Assembly: GCF_009914755.1 (NCBI RefSeq)
Contig: NC_060930.1
Source: the human T2T-CHM13v2.0 reference genome, Homo sapiens
Strand: one strand, 5' to 3'
Length of the DNA: 64,000 nt
A program made the position numbers and the translations under genes. The notes beneath the pieces were generated by a model. It was not told the origin of the DNA, searched no databases, and was given only the letters and a program-made list of their open reading frames with translations. Of the stretch, positions 13,981 through 26,462 are shown in pieces (the stretch's first letter is position 1; each line of letters opens with the position of its first letter).

Positions 13981-14069
13981 ACCACAAACCCTTTTTCGAC
14001 GTCCACAGTTTACACCTGAGCTCTCCCTTTGACCCACTACAACACTTTCTTTTCTTGGGCAATATATTA

Positions 14070-14500
14070 ATAGCACGGTGGTTATGTCACAGGCCTGTGA
14101 CTGGCTTGGGCTCAAACCCGGGCTTTTTCACTTACTAGCTGCAAGACTAACTAGTTATTTAATTTCTCCATTCCTCACTTTCCTTATCTGCAAAACGGAT
14201 GCAATAAAGGCACCCCCTCTTACAGGACTGTTAGGATTAAATGAGCTAAATCACAGTGTCCGAACACTTCAGTACTTCGTACATAATTACTTGCTCAAGA
14301 AATGTTAGCTATTATTGGGTCATGATTATTTATATGTGTTTGAATTCCAGCTTTGCCACATCCCAGAGTGTCTTTGAGTAAGTCACTGAGTATCCTTGTG
14401 CCTCAATTCCTCATCTATAAGTAGGTTCCCATCTCATAGGTTTTTAAAGATTCATGCTTACATGCTTAGCAGTGTCTGGTATGGAATAAGCACTAAAAAA
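14070..14500 (+). mobile_element. Two MIR fragments
   Basis: Cores such as cctcactttccttatctgcaaaac...ttaggattaaatgagc and cctcaattcctcatctataa. Confidence 0.65.
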
Positions 14501-15132
14501 GATGAGCTTTTATGATGATGATGATTACTATTTTCAGTCATGATTATTTTGTATATTTACTCTAAAAGAAAGTGAATTTTTTTAGTTCAAGACTTTTAGA
14601 TTCATCGTTCTACTTTCATTGTGGCTAGCTCATGGCCATCCACGTAGTGAATTAATAAAGCTTTGTTGAGTGGCACTTGCTTGACAGCGACACTTTTGTC
14701 CACTCTTTCACCTTGCTGGATTTGTGCTGCCTTCCTTGCTGTAGGAAGCCCACGCTTGGGAAATAACATTCCCACAGAAGGTCTGAGAGGCTCTGACGGG
14801 CCAAGGTTGTAAACCCCCATGATTTGACTCCACGGGCAGTTAAAGTGTGTTCCCACCCCCCACGGATCCGCTGCCACTAGGCTGTGCGAAGGCATTTACC
14901 TCCCTGGCACTTTGATCCAAGTTCCCTATTTTCCCCTACTGGTCGATCGAGGTTGGGAACAGTTGCTCTAACCTGGGAAGCACCCGCCACGATCCAGCAG
15001 GGCGCGGTGGGAGGGGAAACTGAGGCCCGGCTAGGCACCCCCGCCGCGCCCAGCCCGCCGAGAGGCTCAGGCCCCGGGAGGCACCTGGAGCCTGCGCCCC
15101 GCCCGCGCCGCTTCCTGTCCCGCGCGCTGCGC

Positions 15133-15245
15133 TCACGTGACCCGGGCCTGGGAGGAGCCGGGGCGGGCGGGGGTCACCTGAACAAGGGAGTCACGTGAGC
15201 GGGGGGCGGGGGTGGGGGGGCGGTGCCGGGCGGCTGTCACGTGAC
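15133..15245 (+). promoter_or_regulatory. Four E-box/CLEAR-type motifs (USF / MiT-TFE class)
   Basis: TCACGTGAC 15133-15141, GTCACCTGA 15173-15181, GTCACGTGAG 15190-15199, perfect palindrome GTCACGTGAC 15236-15245. Confidence 0.9.
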
Positions 15246-15430
15246 GCGGTTCCGGGGCCGCCGCTGCCGCTGTCGCTGTCGCCGAGCCCAGTCGAGCCGC
15301 GCTCACCTCGGGCTCCCGCTCCGTCTCCACCTCCGCCTTTGCCCTGGCGGCGCGACCCCGTCCCGGGCGCGGCCCCCAGCAGTCGCGCGCCGTTAGCCTC
15401 GCGCCCGCCGCGCAGTCCGGGCCCGGCGCG

Positions 15431-15579
15431 ATGGGGGCCGCCGCCGGCCGGAGCCCCCACCTGGGGCCCGCGCCCGCCCGCCGCCCGCAGCGCTCTCTGC
15501 TCCTGCTGCAGCTGCTGCTGCTCGTCGCTGCCCCGGGGTCCACGCAGGCCCAGGCCGCCCCGTTCCCCGAGCTGTGCAG
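15431..15579 (+). CDS. IGF2R: IGF2R coding exon 1 (signal peptide and start of domain 1; 149 nt, ends in phase 2)
   Basis: ATG in strong Kozak context (gcgATGG); Leu-rich signal peptide; donor CAG|GTGGGT at 15580. Confidence 0.98.
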
Positions 15580-16979
15580 GTGGGTGGCCCGCCCGGACGC
15601 AGGCTCCGCTCGCGGTGCCCGGGGTGAGCGGCCGGCGTGGGGGGCGGGGAGCGCTCGAGGAGCTCCTGGGGTCTCCAAGTCGCCTCCGTTCCGCGCCGGG
15701 GTCCGCCCCGTTCCCGAGGGAAAGTTGCCTGCGTGGTGTCCGCGAGTCCCGCCGGGTCCCGTGCGCAGGCGGGGGGCGCGGGGGCACACGCGGTCGTGGC
15801 GGTCCTGGAGCCCCGCGTCCGGCCACTTGTGGCTGTCGCTGAGTCGGGGGTGGCTTTGTGCGGAGCGGTCGCCCCGGCCCTTGGGGTCGGCGCCTGCCCT
15901 CGCGCGGCCGGGCGTCCGGGAAAGTTGGAGGCAGGAACTCCAGTTTGCTTTGTTCCCGCTGCGCGTTTGCATCAGAGTTTCGCCAGCGGGGCACCGGTGA
16001 GGCCCCTCGGTGTGGAGAGGCTCACCGGGGCGTTGGAGCCCGCAGGAATGGTCCTGGAGTTGAGTGTTTGTGGTTTCATTTGCTGATTGATTTCCCCCCG
16101 TGGGCTCATTTTCTCTTTAAAGAATATATATATATATATATTTTTAGCAGGCGGTGACTTTTGTCTTCTTTAGATTGGGGGCAGGGGGTGTCGTCCAGTG
16201 TGAGCTTTCAAGACTTGACCCTTCACTTCTCTGAGCCCAACTTCCTGCCTGGTTGCTCACATGATGTCATTGTCTCCGGGGCGGATTATTCTAGTGGATC
16301 TTGCTCTGGGAACCATGATTGTATAACCCATCAGTCCCATCGAGGGCTGTTCACCTCGCGCAACTGCTAGCAGTCCAGGGCCTGGGGAACTTCGAATTTC
16401 AGGAATTTTCTGACCATCCTTTTCTGGACTGTTTAGGATGATGGAAAATTCAGCTTTTGTTTATTTTTTTAAACTTTGGTAAAAAGGAAGCAGGATGAAA
16501 AGTTTTGAACAGACAACAGTTTCTCCCTGTTACTGTTACTTTTACAAGTTACTTTTACAAGTTACTTTTCAGAGTGAAACAAAGTTGAGCCTACTTTGGG
16601 CTGAACTTGGAGTTTGTGGTAGGGTTTATGGGGGGGGTTCTTATTTTTCCCATGCATCAGAGATAGTTTTATTAGCACCCCTGTGTTCAGAACATGCAGA
16701 AATTAGTCTAAGGAGGGTGAGGCTGATCTCACGATAGAAACTCTTTGGAAAGGCCCATATTTTTTATGCTCCCTTTTTTGGAAGGGGAAGGGTGGATGGA
16801 GGGAGAGTTTGTGACACTAGTTTAAAGACCAGTTAGCTACCCTAAGATACATAGTTACTCCAGTAACTAGTATGATACAGAGAAATGGTGGCAGCTTAAA
16901 CGAGGTCAGGCTGAGAACAACATTTAGAGGAAGGCATTTTGGAATAATGGCTTCTGTGACCAAAAATAAGAAATTAACT

Positions 16980-17284
16980 CGCCTGGGCGCGGTGGCTCAT
17001 GCCCGGAATCCAGCACTTTGGAAGGCCGAGGTGGGCGGGTCACTTGAGTCCAGGAGTTGGAGGCCAGCTTCAGCAACATGGCGAAACCCCGTCTCTACAA
17101 AAAATATGAAAATTAGAGCCGGGCGCGGTGGCACACTCCTGTCCTCCCAGTTAAGGGAGGCTGAGGTGGTAGGATAACGTTAGCCCCGCAGGTCGAGGTT
17201 GCAGTGAGTTGTGATCGAGTCGAGTTGCACTCTAGTCTGGGCGACAGAGCAAGGCCCTGTCTCAAAAATAAATAAATAAATACA
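16980..17284 (+). mobile_element. Alu (AluJ-like)
   Basis: Full dimer with (AAAT)n tail; TSD aataagaaattaac. Confidence 0.95.
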
Positions 17285-17842
17285 ATAAGAAATTAACCCA
17301 GCTGGCCTAGTGTGGTTGAAGTCTTGGTCTTGTTAACAAATTGAAGTTTGTTTTCTTCACAGTTAAGATTAAGGTGGCTTCAAGGGCAGACTGATACTTT
17401 GGCTGATTGATGGGACCCTTACTTTTGCATTAGGTTAGTCATGGCAGTGTCTTGAACCTGTGTTCACGAACTTCATCTCCAGGTGGAACACGGCCTCTTG
17501 GTCTAGTAGGAATGGCCTTTGTATCTTTACGTTTTTCTGGCCACTGTCACACGTGGGCATACTTAGCAAATGCTGAAGAGGTTTCTGAGGTTGATATGCA
17601 TTGTGAATATAATAAGATCTGCCCTTTGTAGTCTTAGAATATCTTAAAAGTTGTGTTTAATTTTTCTGCCAGATTTTCTTAGGATGACAAATCTGCCAAT
17701 CATTTCAGAGACGGATTTTCACCCACCTCTTTCCCTGTTACTTCCCTGTAGTTGCACATGCAGACTTCTCCAGAACCACTTGCAATCTCTACTTTAAACC
17801 CAACATGTGCCAAGTGAACTTCCTGTCTGTTCCTGTTTTATA

Positions 17843-18138
17843 ATTTTTTGAGGCAGGGTCTCACCGCGTTGCCCAGGCAGAAGTGCAGTGGTGCAGTCAT
17901 AGCTCACTACAGTCGTGAACTCCTGGGCTCAGGCAGTCCTTCCACCTCACCCTTCTGTGTAGCTGGGATTACAGGTGTGTGCCACCCCACTTGGCTTATT
18001 ATATATTTTTTAAAATTTTTAATAGAGATGACGTCTTGCTATGTTGCCCAGGCTGGCCTCAAGCTCCTATCCTCAAGTAATCTTCCTGCGTCAGCCTCCC
18101 AAAGTGTTGGGATTACAGGCATGAGGCACCATGCTGGG
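17843..18138 (-). mobile_element. Alu (AluJ-like)
   Basis: Antisense dimer ending cccaaagtgttgggattacaggcatgaggcaccatg. Confidence 0.9.
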
Positions 18139-20239
18139 TTTATGTTCCTGTTTTAAACTGATACCTCTCCTTAAATACTTTTTGAAAACTTTTCTTGGGG
18201 CGGGGGAGGTTATCAGTCATCTGTACTTTTATGAGATAAAACTGGCTAAAATTTCCGTAAATGTAGCATGTAGTTGAGGAATAGGAATGTAAGTTGATTT
18301 TTTTTTTAATTTGATACAAAAAATTTTATCGTGTCACCAAGGTGTGACGTGTTAAGCTCCATTTTAATTTTGTTCCTGGGCATCAGTTTGCTGAAATGTA
18401 AATAACTCGGCCAGGTCTCCACTGTGAGCATGAAAAGTCGAGTCCTACAAATGTCCCCGTTTGTTTTTGCTGCTTGGTCACATGGAGGCAGTCCCAAATG
18501 TACAGAAGGATCACATTCCAAATGTTTGTAAATTGGTAATTTCATACGTGGAATGTGTTTTTCCATTGATAGTATTCTTGTTCATTGTATGGCCCCCAGA
18601 AAGTCATTATCCTTGCAAAGGTTTTGGAGCACCCAGACACCATATGGCTTTAACAGAATCCTAGCCGTAAATTCTCATTGTCTCTAAAAGATGGAGTTGG
18701 ATTTCCAGGAAAACTACCTCTCCTCCCAAGCCCAGCTCTCTAGAACCTAGAGAGAATATTTTTCATCTGCAGTCGCTTAGACCCACAAGAGGGACATGAG
18801 GGCCTGCTTCAGGGGTGCCTGCGAGGCACCTTGTGGGGGCAAAGCTTCAAGGTGACCTTTGGCTCTGAGCACTCCTGGGATGGGGTGCGGTTCCTGGTGC
18901 AGTTAGTTATTGGGAGGAACGAAGGAGACAGCACCATTTCAGCAGCAGCTTTAACTGTGTCCGTGCACGTGGAGGGGCCTGCCCTCTGAGTTGTGCATTG
19001 AACAGCAGGCACGACAAAGGCTCATTTCCCAAAGTGTATCTGGCTTGAAGCAGCGCTTTAAATAAGTGCATGGTTTTTTTTGGAGAGACTCAGCAAAGCA
19101 TTTTTCAAGTGTCAAGTGGATTACTTGCCAGGTGGTCCCAGTGCTGAGTTAGAAGTTAATGATTCTTATGCAGGTATTTCTTGGGAGGTGATATTGCTAG
19201 TACAAAGTTAGTAGAAAACTTGTTTCTGAGGCTAGTGTGATAGGCTGTGGGACTGGCCTGTAGAAAAGACCTGGGGCAGGAAGGAGTGTTGAAGGTCAGT
19301 GGAGGGCGGGAATAGTAGAGCAAGAAGAGAGGGCATTCAGGAGGAGAGGAGCAGAGGCCAGGCCATGCAAAACCAACAACAGTGTCTAAAGTGATCTCAG
19401 CTTGTCAGTGGCTTTACTTATTACCATATGCTTTAAACTTTGTAAAATGTCATATTATATATGTAATATGCAAGTTTCCACCCTTTAGTTAGGTGTTAAC
19501 AAGATGCTTAATGGGTGAGGTCTTAGCAGTGTGCATTAATGATAAAATAATGCTTTGGGATGGTTAGATTTAAGGTAGTTAAGAGCTTCAAAATTTGTAC
19601 AGGACAAGTTTTCCCCAAATTGTTTAGGTATAAATGCTAGAAAGTTTTTATTATATTGAGGACAAGAGAATAATGAAGCCAGCTGGGAGTTGAGGTTGGT
19701 TTAGTTACTGTCTCTAAGGAGATTTTTTTTTCCCTGTAATTTTTCCAAAGGAACAGTGCTTATATGCCTAATTTGGGCCACATGTTAAACCTGGATCACA
19801 TCCATTTGTGTGTGTGCATTTCAACAGTAAGTGTATGTGGAAGCCTAAGGTTGTTAATTATGGTTACATTAGATCTCATGGATTAATTCTCAGAACAGCA
19901 TCCTGACAGATTCCCAGGAAATGAATGCCTGCGTTGGGCCTCACGTCTTTTGTCAGCATTTCATAGAGAGAGGGATTTTTAAAAGATGGGGCTGAGAGAA
20001 ATAATTGAGATGTTCCCTTCCCTATTTTGATCTTGGTATATAAACTATTGTATTGGGGAAAGAACTGAGCAGGCTCTAGAACTGAGCCTAGTGGCAGAGA
20101 GTAGCTTATCACTTTGCAGGTGCTGTTCTTTTTCTTCCTCCTTTTCTTCTTTGGATTGTCCTAGCCACAGAGAGCTCTTGCTAATGTTGTAACTGGTCAT
20201 GAATGGTGTATGAGGAGGTGGGCGTAGCAGCTGTTTGAC

Positions 20240-21110
20240 TTCATGGGACCCACCAGACTGTAATGCCGAATTACAATTTTGCATTTCCACCAGTGATGTA
20301 TGAGAGTTCCAGTTCTATATCCTTGTCAACACCTGTCAGTGTTAGGTTTAGCCATTCAAGTGGAGTTGTAATGGTATCTCAGTGTGGTTTCAGCTTTCAT
20401 CTCTCTGCTGACTCATGATGTTGAGCAAGAAAGGAACATCTTTTCTTGTATTTATTGGAATCCTGGATGATGTTCACCATTATCATGTGCTTACTGACTG
20501 GGTATTTTTTGTAGTGTCCTTTAAAAATCATATTTTGTCCCTTTTACCCCTTAAAAATTGTTTTTGGGTTCTTCTCCTTATTGAGCTTTAGGAGCTCCTC
20601 ATGTCTTCTGGGTACAAGTTCTTTCTTAGATATGTGTGAGGTATGAGTGTTTTCTTTCAGTCTTTGCCTTGCCTTTAAATTTTCTCAGTGATATCCTTTG
20701 AAGAACAGATTTAAAAAAATTTGATGGACTATAACTTTTTATGGTTTGTGCTTTTGGTAGCTTGAGAAATCAACCTTAAAACTAGTGACATTTGACCTGG
20801 GTAATTTTTTGTTTGGAGGGCTATCCTGGGCATTGTAGGATGTCAGCCAGCATTCCTGGCCTCTACTCACTAGATGCTAAGACTATACTCTACCACTCCC
20901 CCTCCCCCAGTGGTAACAAATAAAAATGTCTCCAGGCATATCAAAGGCCCTGGAGGGGAGGGGGCAAAATCACATCCAATTGAGAACCACTGGCCTACCC
21001 CAAGGTCTCAAAGATTTTCTCCTGTCTCTGCCTCTAGAAGTTTTTTGGTTTTAACTTTGATTCCTTAACTCTAGGATCAATTTTTGTGGTTTAATTTTTA
21101 TATATGATGT
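20240..21110 (-). mobile_element. Old L1 fragments interrupted by MER20 (~20780-20995)
   Basis: L1-like catttccaccagtgatgtatgagagttccag; MER20 motif aaaaatgtctccaggcat...ttgagaaccactg. Confidence 0.65.
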
Positions 21111-21840
21111 TTGAAGAAAACTCAAACCATATTTTTCCTTTGCTCTCATTCCATGAACAGTCATCAACACAGAAGACCTCCGTAATCAAATGTGTGGTCG
21201 TTTTTCCCCAGGCACCAAGCAGTGACCCCTGGCCAATTCAATTCCTGACCCTGTCTACCTGGAGATAGTGTCAGATGCCACAGGTTTGGGGCTCAGTTCC
21301 CGAGACCGCTCCCCACCCCACACCAGTCACAAGTCCGGGCCTCTGGAACTTCTGACCAACTGGCTTCAATTTGGGGTTCCCAGAGTGCCTCTTTGGGTCT
21401 GATTAATTTGCTAGAGTGACTTACAGAACTCAGGAAAACACTGATGATTAGCAGTTTATGAGGATATTACAAGGGATACGGATGAAGAGATGTTTAGGGC
21501 GAGGTATTGGGGAAGGGGTGCGGAGCCTCTGTGACCTCCCTGGCTCACTACCCTCCAGGAATTGCCGTGCATTCAACTATTTGGAAGCTCCCCCAACCCA
21601 GTTTTTATGGAAGCTTCAGGAGGTCAGCATTTCTTCTCCCGGGTATAGGGTGGGACCCTCACTGGGGAGGATCTTAAGACCCACAGTCCAAAAGCAGGGA
21701 AGATGAGAGTCCTACCTTGGGGCAGGTGGAAGGAGGGGCAGGTGGAGAGATTGTTTCCTGAGGCCTGACACACCCAACATTATAACAAAAGACCAATACT
21801 AGGACTGTGGAAGTTGGCAGCCAGAAACCAGATGGGAAAA
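21108..21840. mobile_element. LTR element (MER21-like)
   Basis: caattcaattcctgaccctgtctacctggagatagtgtcagatgccacagg...ttaatttgctagagtgacttacagaactcagg. Confidence 0.7.
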
Positions 21841-21854
21841 AAAAACCCATACAT

Positions 21855-22020
21855 GTATTATATATATTTATATATATATATATATAAAGTATATGTATTG
21901 TGTATATATTATATAAGCATATTTATTATATATATATTATAGTGTATATTATATATGTATTATATATAATATATAATATATAGTTATATATAATATATAC
22001 ACACGCACATATATAAATAA
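21855..22020. repeat. (TA)-rich low-complexity tract
   Basis: Visible TA/TATA iterations. Confidence 0.9.
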
Positions 22021-22079
22021 CACCACAAAAAGGGTAAAAGTTTATTTATTTCCATGAATATATCTAGTTCTGTTTACTA

Positions 22080-22900
22080 ATACTTTATGAAATATGCTTA
22101 CAGCTCTGTTTTTAAGTGAGATTGGGCTACAGTTTTTTTGCTCTGCTGTTCTTGATGGATTTTGTTATTAATAATATGTTTGCTTTGTGGAAGGAGCTAG
22201 TTAGCTTTTAGTATTTTTGTATGTGGTGAAACAGTTTGTATATAAGATGGACATTTTCTGTTTCTTAAAGTTTGGTAGAATTCACCAGTAAAACTATCTG
22301 GCCCTGGCAGGCTCTTAGGTGGAATATCATCGGGGAGGACTTTTGATTATGGTTTTTTCTAGTTTTATTTTCAGTTTTATCTAGTTTATTTTTCTATTCA
22401 GATTTTCTACTTTTTCTTGGGCCAATTTTGGTAATCTCTATTTTCCTAGAAAATTGTCATTTTAATTGTGTATTCATATTTAATAAGTAGCATGCTACTC
22501 TCATATTTTTGATACTCTATAGCTCTAGGTAAATTTTTAAAATTCCTGATGTTTACTTGTGTACTTTTTTCTTAATTATATTTACTAAAGACTTATTTAC
22601 CTTTTTAAAGTCTTTCCAAAAGAACTAGTGTTTTGTTTTTTCATCTTTTCACCTTTTATTTGCAATTTTATTAATTTATCCACTCAGTAACTTCTACATC
22701 ATTTTTCTGTTTCTCGTTTGACTTGAATGCTTAGCTCTTTTATTTTAAATCATTTTGCATAATTAAGAAATATATTTAAAGCTTCATGTTTCTTTCTTCG
22801 GAGTACCATACCACTCATAGATTCTGATACTTTTTTTTTTCTCCATATTTCAATTTTGTGTATTCCCTTTTTGGATTCAAAAGTTCTATCTGTTTCAACT
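22080..22900 (-). mobile_element. Old L1 fragment
   Basis: tttggtagaattcaccagtaaaactatctggccctgg; T-rich antisense L1 character. Confidence 0.6.
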
Positions 22901-23977
22901 TCCTGGACCCACTAAATTTTTAGATTTTTATTTTTTTCAGGTCCATGGACTTTGGGGGTTTTAAATTTATTTTTTCCATTGTGCGGGTAAATGTGGTGGA
23001 ACTTACTGACATTTCCCTTGTGGCCTAACACCTAGTCAAGTTGGGAGGGTATTATGTGTTTGGAAAAAAAGTTCTCTGTTTGGGTCAAAGTTACTCATGG
23101 TGCTGTTCAGCTTTTCTTTGCCCTAACTCTTCTTCGGTTTGTCTGTTGCTTTTATTATTTGTATCTGGCTGCCGCTGTGGACAGGCATGTAGCTGGATGT
23201 CGTTTGCTGCTGTCGCCCAGCTTACCAGTTCTCCCATGGTTCAGATGTTCTTCTGCTTCCCTGTTGTCTTTTGTTGCAGAATCTCAGCTGATGTGTAGTC
23301 ACAGCTGCCTGTTCTTTCTGCGTGGACGCTGTAGCTTCTGTCAACCCTCTGAAGATCTCTCTTAAAGTTCTGCTCTGATTGCTCTATTAATTATTTTTCC
23401 TTGGGCCCAGTTTCTTTGGTTTGAGTTTGTCACCATGATTGCATGGTGCTGGTGCCCTTGCAGTGACAGGTGACTCCTGACCGTGCACTCTGCAGTGGGT
23501 CTCCACCCGACCTTGGCTGCCTCCTTGTGCAGCTGCGTGGGGTAGGGCTGGGAGCAGTTGTTGGAATTTGGCTGTAAATTGTTTTCAGGGAGACTAGGGG
23601 ATGGGCAGGATGTGCCTCTGTGGCTGTTCTTGGCGCTTTAGGTCCTTTCCACCCTCCCAATGTCACCCCCAAGCGCTGTTCTGCCAAGACACAGCTGCTA
23701 AACCCCTGTTGATTGCTGCTGGCAGCGTGTGGCCTGAGACGGGGGATCTGGATTGTTGAGTTGGCTGTGTCCAATCACTTCTTTTCTCTGGACCTCATTT
23801 TCCTCCTCAAGAGGGGTGGGACTTAGTTTTCTTTCTCTCTTTCCTATTTGAAAACCTCTCATTAGGGAGTTAGTTTTGGAAGTCACTTTCCTGGGCTTGA
23901 ATCCAGACTCCTCCCCTCACAGGCCTTGGGCAAGTCACAGAACCTCTGAAGTCTTCCTTTCCGTGTGTGTCCAGTCA

Positions 23978-24131
23978 GGATGCTAACCATGTTTGTAGGC
24001 TAGGCGTGGGATGCTAACCGTGTTGTAGGCTAGGCGTGGGATGCTAACCGTGTTGTAGGCTAGGCGTGGGATGCTAACCGTGTTGTAGGCTAGGCGTGGG
24101 ATGCTAACCGTGTTGTAGGCTAGGTGTGGGA
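23978..24131. repeat. 30-bp minisatellite x5 inside a MIR relic
   Basis: Unit ggatgctaaccgtgttgtaggctaggcgtg; internal copies identical. Confidence 0.95.
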
Positions 24132-26094
24132 ATTGGAAGACATTTGAATGCCTGGCACGTCCTCGGTGTTCATTGGTGCTGTAGTGGTAGCAGTTGCTTT
24201 ATCTGTAAGTTACAGATGCTGCCTTACATCAGGGATTTATTTTTATAACCTGTTTCTCGCCCTCCCAGAGCTCTCCATTAGTGTCTTGGGGTTTCTGCCT
24301 CAACCAGAGAGCATTTCTTCTTCATCTGTTTCATGATTGGCACTCCACGTAAGCTTCCTCATGAGAAAGAAAGGTTTCCACTGTTTAAAAAAGTTTCAAA
24401 GCCACTGGACTCCGTGATTTCCGGGTCCATTTTGCATCCCAAATTCTGCAGTTCTGAGGTTTGCAGCCTTGAGGAGTCCTTCCTCACTCAGATTCCCCCA
24501 AACAATGAGGAGCTTGATAATTCGAGGTGTGGAGTTTGGATGGGGGCCGGGGGTCACCCTCCTGCATGTGGTGGCTTGGTCCCAGGCTAGGCTGGGAGAA
24601 AGGGGGCTGTCGTGGTTCCAGGGCAAGAAGAGCCGTCCTCCCTGTTTCCCTGTGGTAGGATCAGGAAGTCTCAGCTAACTTCTGCACATGGTCAAGGGGG
24701 TCCTGTCCTCACTTAGGCCTCTCCAGGCCTCCCTGGAGGGTGGAGGAATGGGTGCTGTTGTAGGTGGGAACAGAAGTGTCCAGGCCAGTGGCTTGGATGT
24801 GAAAGTGCTTCATAAATTCCACCTTGCTGTGCAACTTAAAAAAAAAAAGTACGGTCGTTTAGGTTTTCGAGGTGCCCAAAGCAATGCGTCATAAGCCTAT
24901 TTTTGTCTCCGTGTTAGCCAGGGCAGAGGGGCACTTTCCTGTGACTCCTCCAGGGTGGGGAAAATCCCAGGTGCTCTGTGAACCTGGCCGTTCAGCCAGC
25001 TGCAGACCTTTGGTAGGAGTTTTCTTTTTCCTTTTGTGTGCTTTTCGATCCCCTGGGGGCAACCATTATTCAGTACATCTGGAGGGCAAGTTGTCCAGGA
25101 AGAGGAAGCAGATCCTAGGAGTGTCGTCCTTCACTGGGAGAGGTGTAGGAAGTGAGGGGGATGGTGGAAGTACTGGCCCGAGCTCTGTTTTCAGGAGTGT
25201 GTGACAGCAAAAACTGGCCTTTGCAGTTGAGTTGCCTGTGGGCTATGGCCTAGAGGGAAGGCCAGGAGGGTCTTGCTGTTAGGGCTGCCACCTTCTTCAT
25301 GCCTGCTGTGTGCTGGGAGGAGAGAGCTCCTTCAGAGCGGACCCACCATTGGATTTTGAGTGTGTGCAAAATTAACTTGTTGCTATCTGCATGGTTATCT
25401 GTACTCCAGAATCAGTTATACATTTTAAAACAGCTGTTTAGTACTGAAAAAACTCCCCCAACACTCCCTGCGCCCCACCCTGGCCTGCAAATAGAGTGCC
25501 AAGCCACCAGAATAGAAGTGCTAAAGTAGTGAGTTTCCTAGAAGTGGCAAGCCTGAGACTCCAGTGAGTCACCCTCATTGTTCCCCTGAGGCACCCTGCC
25601 TCCACCTGCTCTCTGCTCTCGAAGCGTCAGTTATACCAGCACTTCTCTCTTCTCTTTTGTCTCTTTTTACAGTCACCCCTTTAGAGTGACAGGCAGCGTG
25701 AGCTCATGGCCTTGACTTTGCTGGACATGCGGAGGGAGAGGAGAGCTGGTGGCAGAGTCGGGGGTTGGGCCCTGAGGATGGGGCTGTTTTATTGGAGAGT
25801 CCGCTGTCACCAGGCCTTTCTGTAAAAGGCTGGAAGTGAGCGAGTGAACCAGGCACCCTGGTGGGGGGCCTGCATGTCAGACCCAGCGGGAAGCATGTCT
25901 GACTTGGTTGAGAGGCAGCTAAGGGCCCAGTGTGTCTGGGTGGGCTGAGCCATTGGGAGAATGGAGGGAGGGGCCAGAGAGCACGGAGGATTAGCTGTGG
26001 CCAGATCACAGAGGCTGTGGGACTTTGGGCTCCCTCTGGGTAAAAGCCAGAGCCCTTGAGGACTTCAGTAGATTGGTGGATTGAAAGGCACATG

Positions 26095-26462
<368 letters not shown>

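Larger units (their letters stand above)
14940..16050. promoter_or_regulatory. CpG island 1: IGF2R promoter, exon 1 and start of intron 1
   Basis: Very GC-rich and CpG-dense; no TATA box seen; GC boxes at ~15160-15172 and 15201-15220. Confidence 0.95.

Noticed and set aside
15133-16157. Long overlapping ORFs (149-279 aa) on both strands, including the 189-aa read-through of exon 1
   Set aside because: Expected from stop-codon scarcity in a GC-rich island. Only 15431-15579 is supported by a splice donor and in-frame downstream exons.
16535-16569. 13-bp GTTACTTTTACAA x2.7, and the GTATR pentamer run near 44455
   Set aside because: Ordinary short slippage duplications with no further signal.
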